Positions 1-11,620 of a DNA stretch of 64,000 nucleotides are shown one piece after another (within the stretch, counting starts at the first letter, position 1; the number at the start of each line of letters is the position of its first letter). Below the pieces are notes generated by a model, which ran no database searches, was not told the DNA's origin, and saw only the letters and a program-made list of their open reading frames with translations. Made by a program: the position numbers and the translations under genes. The stretch comes from Epiperipatus broadwayi (lineage: Eukaryota; Animalia; Onychophora), in assembly GCA_028023455.1 (NCBI GenBank), contig JAQFVV010000004.1, forward strand, positions 5,270,001-5,334,000, in the 5' to 3' direction.

Positions 1-305
1 TTGTATTGGCCTGCTGCAAGATCACTTATTTTATTATTGTAATGCATAATATCCATTACAACTATATTAGTGTCAGTAGTTGGAATGATTATTGATTTGT
101 TTAAATTTGAAAGATCTAATAGCTTTCTGTTCATCATAGAAAAGGTTTCATTTTGGGGTTTTTTTTTTTTGGTATTTCTTAAGTGTTCTTTTTATTCTCC
201 AGTATAATTCTGTTGCTTCTTTTAAATACAGTTTTTGAATGACTTTCTCAATTGCTGTCATTATATCTTGTAAAGGGTTATTAGGTGGTGTGATGTTTGT
301 AAGAG
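1..305 (-). mobile_element. Penelope-like element, N-terminal (pre-RT) fragment, inverted relative to the adjacent PLE body
   Basis: Minus-strand ORF 148-348 reads ITPPNNPLQDIMTAIEKVIQKLYLKEATELYWRIKRTLK, resembling the PLE pre-RT region (NFAITP..IP.EDII.AIE...L....A.EIR). It continues leftward through NLSKF to ILQQAN (about ILPADKG). Judged by eye. Confidence 0.7.
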
Positions 306-1075
306 CACGTGGTGAAATACTATTAAAAATATTCTGGACACACATCAATATCTTATCCCCTTCTATTAAATTTGCAATAGAATAAGAACAAGAGCAAATA
401 TTAGCATTCTTAGGTGTTCTTTTGACAAGACTCCCTCATGGCAAAATCAAAACTGCAGTTTACAGAAAACCCATACAGGCAGGAAAATATTTAGCATATA
501 TATTCAATCATGACAGAAACACAAAACATTGAGTTATATTGTTATTATGGAAAAAGAAATTTGTTTATAAACCAGAGATTGGGGGGGGAAGGCCTACATA
601 GAACCAACTCTCATGAAAAATAGTTATCCATGAGCTGTCATTAAGAAAACATTAAACAAGTAAACAAAACAAAAAAAAAACAATGATAGACACTATCAAA
701 CAAATTAAAAGAAAATCTGCAAACAATATAGCATCAGAACAGTTTTCCAAAGCCATAACACATTATAAGGAATGCTAAACACTAGGAAAACTAAACTTGA
801 CATGCTGAAAAACAAAAATTGCACCTATGAAATACTTAATGAATGTGAAAGAATATATATTGGAGAAACTAGTCACACCATTGAAAAGTGATTAAAAAAG
901 GAAAGACATGTATTTAAAATAGATTATCCATGTTTGTACCAAAGAATATTTGCATAATTGGAAAAGATAAAAATATTGGACATAGAAGAAAAAATACAAT
1001 GTAGAAAATTTAAAGATGTTAGCAAACACCCCCTTAATTCGATTTTGTTTGATAATACACCATATTTGAAAACTA
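305..1075 (+). mobile_element. Decayed Penelope-like element: RT C-terminus/thumb plus GIY-YIG endonuclease
   Basis: Conceptual translation HGEILLKIFWTHINILSPSIKFAIE*EQEQILAFLGVLLTRLPHGKIKTAVYRKP matches PLE RT (HLNSIHP.IKFTME.E....LPFLDVL.....G...T.VYRKP). GIY-YIG-like KEYILEKLVTP and KILDIEEK follow at about 850-1000, with stops and frameshifts. Confidence 0.85.
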
Positions 1076-1094
1076 CTCATTAATTTTTCTCTTA

Positions 1095-1390
1095 AATAAA
1101 AACAAATCAAGAGGATTTGGCTAGTTTCAATATTCACGAATCTAAAGATCCCAAGTTTGATTCCCATGCTAGTACTGTTCAAGCCAATAATACTTGAAGA
1201 AGAGATGAAAATAATACCACTTGAAATATTATACTGTATACTAATCTGTGTCCTATTATTAACACTAAGGTATTTGAAAAGTTTAAATAAAGTTTGAGTT
1301 TTTGCAAAAACAACAATTAATATTAGATGATGCAAATAGTCTTAACATAAAATTTACAACTAAAATGCCATCATCACAAACTGTCACTCA
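1095..1390 (+). mobile_element. Family B element (tRNA-like head plus hammerhead-like core), decayed copy
   Basis: Aligns by eye with 42385-43080: gaatctaaagatcccaagtttgattcccatgctagtactg vs gaatctaaggacccaggtacgaattccatgctagtactg; ttgaagaagag vs ctgaagaagag; tattagatgatgcaaatagtc vs tattagatgatggaaatagtc; catcatcacaaac vs tatcatcacaaac. Confidence 0.6.
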
Positions 1391-1979
1391 AATGCTGTGT
1401 CATATCTGTTAACAATTTTTTTTAATAGTTTTTTATTTTGTGTCATATCCCATATATGAATCTGTTATTTTGTTTGTCTATAGCGTCTTTGTGGATTTGC
1501 ATCCATGATAACCTGTTTTTTTTTAATGCCTTTAGAATAGTTGCTCTTCAAGGGGGTTTAGTAACCTCAGGTGCAAAACTTGGCATATACCTTGATTGAT
1601 TCGTAAAAATTTTTCTAATGATTTATATGGGTTTTCAAAAGTTTACCTCCTTTATTTTGCTATTTCTCTTACAATTAAATTTATTTGTAATCTATAAATT
1701 GTTGGGTAAGAATTTCAAATAATCTGCAGTTTTTGGCATTGATTTTGCTTTTAATGCAAACAGAACACTGTTATCACACTGTATATCAGCATTTAATAGT
1801 TTATTGCTATGAAGTTTATATCTTAATTATTATTTTTTTTTAGATAGTATATGAAATCATTAGAAGATTGTTTAAAATAATAAATATATTTCATAGGTAA
1901 ATTCTTTTTCTTTGAGCAGGTAGGGCAGCTTGTAACTTTTAATAAGATTCAATTTTTGGAGCCACTACGAATAAAAGGG

Positions 1980-2240
1980 AAATATTTTTAAAAAGCTTTT
2001 TCCAATGGATAATTTCTTTATGTTAAAATTTAAATTGATAGTCTAATATAAATAAAAGAAAAATAAAATGATTGAGGATTTAAAATTTTTTAGCATTAGA
2101 AGTGAATTTTATTAACTATGAAATTTATCTTAGGGAAAATATTTTTTGTAAGGTGTGTGTGATTAATGCTAAAATAATAAATAAAAAATTAATATCATAT
2201 CTTACTGACTTATTTGCATTTTTCTAAATTGGTTTTTTAT
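1980..2240. repeat. Unclassified dispersed repeat (also at about 23510-23770)
   Basis: Shares agaagtgaatttt(t)attaa, aaatttatctt, ttaatgctaaaataa, aattaatatcata and tttttctaaat in the same order with 23510-23770. Confidence 0.6.
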
Positions 2241-2449
2241 TTTGGTTTCCAATTTATACCTATATTTCTTGCATCTAACTTTTTTTTTTTTCTGCTCTCA
2301 TTTTTTTATCTCAACAAAAAGAACCAAACTTAAGTGAAAACCAAAAACAATAATAATATGGATTAATACCAAGGGAATTATAATAGTTAAACTATGAATT
2401 AGTCTCTTAACTTAAGGAAATATCCCAGTTACTTACTTTTGGAAATTTT

Positions 2450-3760
2450 ATTCATAAATTGGTATTTAAGATTCAAATCAAAATACCATTCAAGTATGGT
2501 TACTAACTTAAATAATAATTATTCTAAAACAAAAGTACTTTTTTCAAAGCAAATTGGTTAAACTTAATTTTAAAATTGTTTCTGAATGGCATAAAATTGT
2601 TTCTGAATGGCATTTCTTGCATTATAAAATAATGTGATCAAAAAGCAGCTACTGACACTGGATTCTGGACTAACAATGAACAACTGTTAGTAAACTGTTA
2701 AATTATTTCACCTTTACTAAACAGGGAAATATATGTAACCCTAAATGGAAAAACCTCACCAATTATATTTCATAGTTCAATTCCTCAAGGATCTCCTCTA
2801 AGTGCACTCCTATTTATTACATTATCATCTGTAAAGGCTAATTAAAATTATAGAAAAAGAACTGTAAGGAATATATGTGTCTAGCCTTAATACTAACATT
2901 CCATGTATATCCTTTATGGATAATATCTCTGCATTTTTACAGTCCCATAAACAAATACTGTAACTTCTTCAAATACTCTCAAAATATATCAGTGAATATA
3001 AACTTGTCTTTAATATGGAAAAATCATGGGCATAGCATATATATATATATATACTGGAACCTGTCTTAAAAATCACTTTAAAAGAATGCCTAATGCAATG
3101 TGGATTATAATCCAAGAAAATAGGAAACATTGTTAAATTACTTGAGAAGTCATACCTTTTGTTTTATGCAAAAATATCCCTCTTTAACATACTAGCAATG
3201 AGAAGAATTGCATATTACATTCCCATAATACTCTATACCGAAGCCTTTACTATGCAGAAAACTTCTTTGGGGTAAAAGTACAACAGCCATCTCAATTAAA
3301 TGTTTACAAAATTCATTTGTTCACAATGGACTAGGATTAGACAATATTTTATATGTTCTGAAGGCAAAAAACATTTAACATAATTTCATTATGTTCTAAG
3401 ACTTTCCAGAATTCCTAGAGATCACCTGTAAAACTACATCTATTGACCAACCTCGAAAAACCATTGTTATCTATTTAACCCCCCCCCTTCCAATAACTAT
3501 AAATATTGTGAAGTGCACTCATAGCTCTACCCATCTCCCTAACACAAAGCAAAACCTATATTAAACATTAGCAAACAACTGTCGCAAATTTCATTTCTGG
3601 TCGTTAGAACCAAAGTATGTTGGCTTGTTAATAAAACTAAACTTAGGATCCCTTCCCATACCATACTTAAACAGATTCAAAAGAGAACACATAAATACTG
3701 ATGCTCAGTGTACTCTCTGTTAAAAAGATTGAAACACAATCACTTTTTTTTTTTTGGATG
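2450..3760 (+). mobile_element. Decayed I/Jockey-group LINE: RT plus C-terminal CCHC region
   Basis: LLNREIYVTLNGKTSPIIFHSSIPQGSPLSALLFI (about 2720-2820) is the RT GVPQGSPLSP motif. LRLSRIPRDH follows at about 3390 and LLIKLNLGSLPIPYLNRFKREHINTDAQCTLC at about 3625-3720 (zinc-knuckle-like). The clade call is tentative. Confidence 0.65.
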
Positions 3761-4289
3761 CTAGGGTCATGGAAAAATCAGAGTGATGATCCCAGTAATA
3801 GTTAACAACAAAAACAAGATTGTCAATAGCCTTTCCAATGGTCACTATTCCCTAATTTGTGCCAGCACATTCATCCTTTTTTCTATATGGTGTATCAGGT
3901 GTATATTCGTATATAATAATGATCATAGAAGACATTTAAATACTTTTATTAACAAAATAGAAGCAATATGTCAAAGAGATAAAAAAAAAATTGCTAACAA
4001 GATATATATTCAAATATATAGGCATTAATATCCATACTTTCAAGCCTTTAACAAGATGCAATAATCTGTGAAGAGATATAAATCATGAAAAATAATGCAG
4101 AAAAGTCACAACCAATCTCAATTTTTTTTTATGAGTTAATGTGAAACTTGTGAGCCACATGACTGTTATTTAATGTTAAAAAATGTTCAGTTATATGATA
4201 TAGATACATTCTTATATTGAATCATGGGTTACATATATAAATAAAATATCACATGATCACATTTCCTATACTAGCACATTAATTGTTGA

Positions 4290-4575
4290 GCTTAGATTGA
4301 AAATATTTTTTGGGTTTTCAATTTCATTCTCATAGTTTAGTAGTTAAGTAGAGATAAAAGGTGGTTGCTAGAGGGTTGCATTAGATCCTAAGATCTAGAT
4401 GCAGTGCTCTCAGATCCAAAGCTCCTCACTGACGAAGGCCACAAGCCAGAAACTAGTCTGGGGATATTGGATGAGTAGGCATTAGATAGGGATTTTATGC
4501 ACAAGCCTTCTGGCATCCATTGATTACTCTGTTTAGCACAGGTGGCAATACTGAATGGAGAGTTTTGCTCTGTTT
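4290..4575 (+). mobile_element. Family A hammerhead-bearing non-coding element (candidate retrozyme or PLE terminal repeat)
   Basis: High similarity over about 190 nt to 47754-47944 (+) and 58045-58232 (-). Upstream similarity (agattgaaaa...) to the 11-kb copies. No ORF. Confidence 0.85.
4414..4472 (+). ncRNA. Minimal type I hammerhead ribozyme motif
   Basis: Stem I tcctca(4423-28)/tgggga(4459-64), extended by atccaa(4414-19)/ttggat(4467-72). Core CTGACGA 4429-35; stem II ggc-cacaa-gcc flanked by an A on each side; GAAA 4449-52; palindromic stem III ACTAGT; GTC cleavage triplet ending at 4458. Confidence 0.75.
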
Positions 4576-4699
4576 ATAAATAAAATATCCAGGTACATCC
4601 ACGTATAATTTATTGAAAATATGCAAAAACCAATGTTTAGATCAGATCACAATGATCATCAATTGAGTAACAAATATTCTAAATTAATTGCATGGGCAC

Positions 4700-7150
4700 T
4701 GTAAACACTAATGTATAACAATAATGAATGTTATGTTAATAGAAAATAAAAATAATAATTATGAGAAATTATTTAGATTGAGTTTTTTGGAAAAAATGTC
4801 CAAATAGGAGGTAATTTGCATGTATCATCACTTTTGTTGACACAATCTGGTCTTTTAAAGATCTCAATTGCTTCTCTTATCTGACATTGTTGGAGAGTGT
4901 CATAAACATCTGGATAGTATTCTCGTATTAGAAAAGTCAATACTATGACCTAGCATGGATAGGTAGAGATAGTGCTGATGGTGATGAGTATTTCTTAACT
5001 GCATTAATATGTTCATCTTTTTTAGGATTGATATAACAATTACTCATATCTGTATAGGAAGCTTTACAAATGTTACATGGAATTTCATAAACTTCATGTG
5101 CTTCAAGAGGGATTGAGTCTTTAGGCTTGGTTATAATGCTATTAATTTTTTGATAAGTGGTATATGTTGTCTTATAATGTCTTAAAATATGTCCAATATT
5201 ATCTGTAGTCCTTTTATATAAGGAATACAAATTCTAATAGTTGTTTCTTCATTTTGTTTTTTTTTTATTTTGATTGTTTAGGGTTTGAATTAAATCTAGG
5301 TTTATTGTTTTATTATTATAGCCATTAGCTGATAAAATATTGCTTATATGGTTTATTTCATTTTCAAGATTTGATTTATCTGAAAGAAAGTTAATAGCAG
5401 TAGTGAATAGTGTTTTTGCAATAGAAAAGACTTGAGCTGGATGATAATGTGATGACAATTTTAAACATCTGTCAATGTATGTAGGTTTTCTAAAAATTGA
5501 AATGGATAAAAAAAGTATTACTTTTCTTGATAACAAATACATCAAAAAAAAAAAGGAAATTTCCCATCAATTCTGTTTCTATTGTAAATTTAATATTAGG
5601 ATGTATATTGTTTGTATGTGTGAAAAAATCATTTAAGTTGTCTTTACCATGTCATCTATGTATCTGAGCCAAATTTGATATTTTAAAGGTGCTGATTCTA
5701 AAGCACAAGATTAATGAGCCCATCAGAGTACCAAAAATTTGTTTATAATATTGTCCATTATACATAAAATAAATATTTGAAAGGTAATGTTTAATTAATT
5801 TAATAATGTGGTTTGGTAAATTGCATCATTTAGAAATTATATTTAAAGCTCGTCAACTTGAACATTTGTAAATAAAGAAGTAACATCAAAGCTGACTAAA
5901 ATATCATTTGTATTAATTTTTATATTTTTTATTTAAGAATCAAAATGTATATAGTTATTAACATATGATTTAATAGTTGAATTGTATCAAATATCTAGCT
6001 AAAATAAGAATGGGAGATCCAATTGCACTTACTATTGGATGAAGGAGGATATCTGTTTTGTGGATTTTTGGAAGTCCATAAAATTTTGAACTAACACACG
6101 ATTTTTCACCAGTAATAATTTTATTAATGTTGTTTTCAATTGGGGATTTGTTATAATTGTTTTAATTTTTTTTTTCTAAATAGGTAATGTGATCTCTTTT
6201 TGATTTTTTTATAAATGTTATCATTAAGTAAAGCTAGGATTTTATAATATAAATGTCTTAGTCCATAATAACTATAAATTACTATACCAACTTCTTTTTA
6301 AATCTTGTTTTTATATGACTATTATAAAAAATGTAAGTATACACCAACATTTTGACTATTTTACAATATAGTCTTTATCATATAAAAACAAGATTTAAAA
6401 AGAAGTTGGTGTAGTGATTTATATATATTGAAAGTTATGAGTTATTTTTGAAAAGAAAATTGTGAAGATGATATTTTAAAATTGTCCATAATAATTATTG
6501 CATTGCTTTTATCTACTGGAAGATTAATAATAAATATCTGATTTTAGGTTTGTCTTTTTTAGCTTGTCTTTCTTTCCTTGATATATTTTTGGAAGTTTTG
6601 CTTTTTTAAATATATTATAAATTTTGATTTTTGCTTTATCAGCTATTGTAGAATCTATTTTGTCAAGAACTGATTCAATATTACAGATACTTTTTTCAAA
6701 AGATATCCATTCTGGAAAGTGTTATTGCAAAGTTAAAACTTTTCTCTAAAATTGAAATTTCATCTATAGAGAATATTTTATTTGATAAATTATAAATGAG
6801 GCATAGTTCTTGGTGATTGTGTTTTAATCAGCGATTGTATTTTTTTCATTTGTGTTGCTGTTTTAAATTGTGAATCCTTAATTGATCTGTAATTTTTCAA
6901 TAGAATCAAAATTATTCCATAATAAAGGATATATTATATTGCTAATATATAATCTTAAATCCAGCTATAATTTATCAATTACTTCTAGTTTGCATAGAGT
7001 TTCTTTAATAAAAGAATTTAAAATAATTTTGTTATTAATAATAATTGTAAATTATATCAATTGCATAAATGGTAGAAAGAAAACTATCTTATATAAATAT
7101 TGCATAGTCATAATAACAATCTATTATTTGCTATTCAAATAGTCTATCTT
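4700..7150 (-). mobile_element. Near-full-length decayed Penelope-like element (N-terminus, RT, GIY-YIG)
   Basis: Motifs in order on the - strand: YNLSNKIFSIDEISILEKSFNFAIT, ILPVDKSNAIIIMD, KFYGLPKIHKTDILLHPIVSAIGSP (about 6000-6090), YNGQYYKQIFGTLMGS, WLRYIDD, NNIHPNIKFTIE, FRKPTYIDRCLKLSSHYHP (ORF 5249-5545), VYEIPCNICKASY (ORF 4943-5230), IREAIEIFKRPDCVNK. Confidence 0.9.
6274..6422. repeat. Near-perfect hairpin (about 45-bp arms) in an insertion of about 230 bp interrupting the PLE
   Basis: ataaattactataccaacttctttttaaatcttgtttttatatga (6274-6318) is the reverse complement of 6378-6422 with 2 wobble-type mismatches. PLE homology stops near 6475 and resumes near 6240. Confidence 0.9.
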
Positions 7151-7669
7151 TGTTGGGAGAACCGCATTAACTCTTCCACTCAAATTCTGTTACCTGGCAA
7201 CAACAACAATGCATTCTTTAACCTAGCTCATGAAACATAAATGTTTCTTTCTTTTAATCTTAACAAAGTCTATTTTTATTATTTGATACAATAAAAATAT
7301 TACATTTTCATTTAAATCATTCATTCTCTTTGCATTCACTCTAAATTTGAATTTATTTATTAAACATAAATGATTTCTAATTGTTTTCTTTATTTATTTA
7401 TCTTTAGACTATAAATAGATAATACTGATGGATGTGTATGTCACATATAACTACATATCTATTCTTATTTTCTATTCTCTGATTTATGCGGTTTATAATA
7501 TTAATCCAATGTTAACCATTTAATACTGTTTTGTTCAATATCAGGTGGACAAATCTACAAATGTAATCAAAATTGTTAATAAAGTCCTTTAAAAGATAAA
7601 TTGTTTCAAATAATCATTATTGTTCCAAATAAAAAATTTAGAGAATGGAAGTTTTTTTTAAAAAAATGA

Positions 7670-7697
7670 TTTGATTTAAACCATGGTTTAAATCAAA
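7670..7697. repeat. Perfect 28-bp palindrome, probably the subterminal region of a small DNA transposon
   Basis: tttgatttaaaccatggtttaaatcaaa is its own reverse complement. A related aaaccatttggtttaaaa followed by a similar acaa... end occurs near 24405-24435. Confidence 0.85.
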
Positions 7698-7979
7698 CAA
7701 CACTGAATAATATTACATTATTAAATGTTACAAATCATGTTTGTTTGTTTTTTGTTTTGTTTATTTTAGTTTTAAAATGTTTTACTCTGTTTTTAGTTTT
7801 CTAAGTAACAATTTTTCAATCAAATTATTTTATATTAATAAACTAATGAAGCTGATATTTTGGGTTCTGACTTTATTGTAAAAGAGGATTATGATTTTGT
7901 TGTGACAATGTGATATAAGAAACGAAGATAAAAATGCAAGATTTGAATAGGAAGTTAATGCTATTTTGCTCTAGACAAA

Positions 7980-8520
7980 CGAGATTTGAATTACATCTCT
8001 CATAACCAAGTATTTTACATATCACTAATCTGTTGGCATTGTCACATTTGTATCAAAGATTACAATAGATTTTATTTTATGCTGTTTTATTCTCATATTG
8101 ATAATGTAATGTTGATTTTTTACAAATTGGATAATTCCTTCAAAAATAATATTTATGAAATGTCTTTGTGTAAGAATAATTAATTGATTGTAGAGCTATG
8201 ATATTGAGAAACTCTGAGCACCATCACCTTCTAATAGTCTATGCAAGAAAACTAAGATTTATTATATCATGTTTTAGCCTAGTATTTGCCTTCATTAATA
8301 TCCTGAAATGAATAAAGTCTTTGACAATGGATGTTATTATTCTCCAAAAAGGTTTTCTAGCATACACATTGGATTTACAATGAAGAAAATCAAAAGGTTT
8401 CATGGTGTGCAACATAATCTTTTGGATAGGTTACTGTCTCAGCTCATTCTTGTAATTCATTTAATTATAACCTGATGAGAAATATGATAGCTGCGAATTA
8501 AGACAAGTGCTACTTTGGTT
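7980..8520 (+). mobile_element. Possible heavily decayed PLE 3' end
   Basis: NNIYEMSLCKNN (about 8145-8180) resembles GIY-YIG NV(I/V)YxIxC. cctgatgag...cgaa at 8471-8497 resembles a decayed hammerhead core. Weak. Confidence 0.3.
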
Positions 8521-10535
8521 CATGTAAAATACATTTAGAGCACTATGTATAATTGCTTAATATTCTTATATCAATTGATTTATTTCATTACATTCTATAG
8601 TTTTAAATAATTTTTAATGTTGCTATGAAGACTGTCCTAAAAAGTCATTTGCAATAACACCTGAGGTTTTTTTCTATTGAGTTTATATTTCTTCAGTAGT
8701 AACTGTGTCTTTTTTTTTTACTTGATCATATTTTTTTATTCTGATTGATAAGGATGTAATTATCCTTTATAGAATTAAGAATAATCTTTTGAATATTTAT
8801 AGTTATAAATCAATGAAATTTCACATGATTTTTAACTTGTATATTGCTATTTTAGCAGTATACTTTTTTTTTTCTCCTACCATTTTAATGTCACTTAGTG
8901 CAAGAACACCTTAATATAACCAAGAGGACCTAAAATAAAGGGAGTTTTTTTTTTTTTTTAAAGCTATTATTATTAAGAAAATTATATAAAATATAATTAA
9001 TAAAGGATTATGATTTGCATTGACTATGGATAAACAACCTGGTCAATATATGATGGGTTTTCATATAATAAAGAAATAAATAATTGAATTAAAGATTTCA
9101 CATATCAATATTTAAATAATTTATCAAATTAATTGTTATTATTAATTATATGTTATTGATTGTAAATAATTATTATCACGATTTATAAAATATTACTTTT
9201 TGTATTTTTATTCATGTAAATGAGTTGATTTTAAAAGAACACTAGACAGAACGAGGAAAAATCAATAAAGTTTTTTTTAAATGATTGCTTGATTGGTCAA
9301 AGAGCATGACTTTTGAATAAAATAATAAAGGAAGCAGACACTGAACTGAGTGATAACTAGAAAGAAATTATCTTCAAATTTTCTGATTTAAAAATTTAAC
9401 ACTGGATTAAATATAAATTTTACTAGCTCAGAAATCAAAGAGATGGATTTTTAAGATAAGATTGGGAAAGGATTCACACACCACATTTGCTACTATATTT
9501 TTCCAAAGAATCAAATGGAAAACATAACATGGAATAAGTGAATTGTATTAATGAATATCTCTTTAAAAATTAATGGATATCTTATATTTGTTATATTTAT
9601 CGATCAACTAAAAAGCAAAAAGAATATAAAAAAAGTATTGTTCCCAAACAAATTGGATATTCAAAGTTAATTGTTAATATAATAATTCCATTCAATTATC
9701 ACTTTGCCAGCTTTGACATGGATTATTTATAAGGGCCTGAAGAAACAAACCCACAAGGAAATTTGATAGTTATTATTGAATATCGCACTATTCAGGCAAA
9801 GTAAATAAAAAAATGGTAATATTATTTTATGTTTATTTTATTAAAACATGTATAGTTTCCCAAAGCATTCTGTATAAAATTATAATATCAATAATACTTT
9901 TATTTAACTAATATTAATTTTAAAAAATGTGTAATAATTAATGATTGATATATGCATATGTCAACCTATTGTAAAGTTGAGGGCCCCATATTACTTTAGT
10001 TAAATCTTTATTTTTATTCATCTGATAGACATATAAAATATTTAATAAATGACTATGATTATGAATATTAACCTTTGCTATGGATTTAATATGTTTAACT
10101 CAAAACAGAGCAGATATATATATATATTATCTTTATCATACATGAGATAGTTAAATTTTAATACTTGATAGATATATTTCTTTTCCGTTTTATGATTCTA
10201 ATATCTAAATTTAAAATATTTGAAATCATAAATGGTAAATAAATATGTGTGATAAAGTTGTAATTATTGATAATAATGAGCTATAATAAAAAAAATGTTT
10301 GAAATAACATTATTTTATAATATTACATATGTTTATATTTTAATAGAAGTGAAATATTTTTTTAAGGCTGTAAAATTTATTATTGAAGATAAAAAAATAG
10401 TATATAAATATTAATTTATTATTTTTATTATTATTTTGATTGTCATATCTATATTGTATATTGTCATGGTGTTCTTGATCTCAAAATTTTATTTATGCTT
10501 TTACTTTGCTTTAAAGTTAATGCAAAATCTGTCAC

Positions 10536-10711
10536 TGATGGATGTTGCATTGGGTTTGTTGCATCTATTCATTATGTTACTCTTATTTAAGATTTTAATA
10601 TAAAATTAAACATTCATGTTATATTATATTCAGTGATGGATGTTACATTGGATTTGTTGTATCTATTAATTGTGTTATTCTTATTTTATTATAAAACTAA
10701 AATTCATGTTA
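10536..10711. repeat. Diverged tandem duplication, period 98 bp
   Basis: tgatggatgttgcattgggtttgttgcatctattcattatgtt...ttcatgtta at 10536 is repeated as tgatggatgttacattggatttgttgtatctattaattgtgtt...ttcatgtta at 10634. Confidence 0.8.
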
Positions 10712-10895
10712 CGTGTACATATACTACAGGCCATAAAATCATAACAGATTATAAAAGTGGCATTCATATTGTTGTAAATAAATTATCTAGCTTGCATGGT
10801 GCTAATCGTTATCAACTTATAAATTTTTGCAGATTTAGAATAAGCTCTTGATGCCAGCCTCTATGGATAATTTTATTTATACCATTATAATATAG

Positions 10896-11620
10896 TAACT
10901 GAACTGGTTTGACGTCTATATAAGTTATACAAGCAAGTTGACTAAAATTGAAAATATTTGTTTTTCAGTTTGGGCTGATAGCTTGATAGTATAATAGAAA
11001 GGTAAATGATGACTTCCAGAATGGTTCATTAGATACCAAAAGTCCAGATGCACTGCTTCAAAATCCAAAGCTCCTTACTGATGAACACCCTAAGCTTGAA
11101 ACTAGTCTGGTAATATTAGGCAGCACACAATAGGGAATTATTAAACACTATCATCTGACAACTACTATTTATTAAAGTTTACAGTAAGTGGCATAGAGAT
11201 GGTGAAAGAAAAACATATGCAGTTCAAGTGGCAATATATTTATATGATATACCAAATCCTGACCATAGTATAGATTTGTCTTCAGTTGTTAAAAACTAAA
11301 GTTGCAATAATATATAGAAAGTGAATTGGTTCAGATCTATATGACTAGGCTAAGATTGAAAACATGTTTTTCAGTTTGGGTTGATAACTTGATAATATAA
11401 CATAGATATAAATGATGGCTTTCAGAAGGAAGATGCATTTGATCCTAAAGGTCCAAGTGCATTGTTTTAAAATCCAAAGCTCCTCACTAATGAAACCATA
11501 AGCTTGAAACTAATCTGAGGTTATATGACAACACAGAATAGGTAGTTATTAAATACAATTCTCTGGCATTAATTATTTATTAAAATTTGCAATAAATACT
11601 GTGAGGGTAGTGAAATAAAA
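10896..11620 (+). mobile_element. Tandem dimer of family A (period about 409 bp), decayed
   Basis: Two direct repeats, each containing aatccaaagctcct(c/t)a plus a hammerhead core: CTGATGA 11078-84...GAAACTAGTC 11098-11107, and CTAATGA 11487-93...GAAACTAATC-TGAGG 11506-20. Confidence 0.75.
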
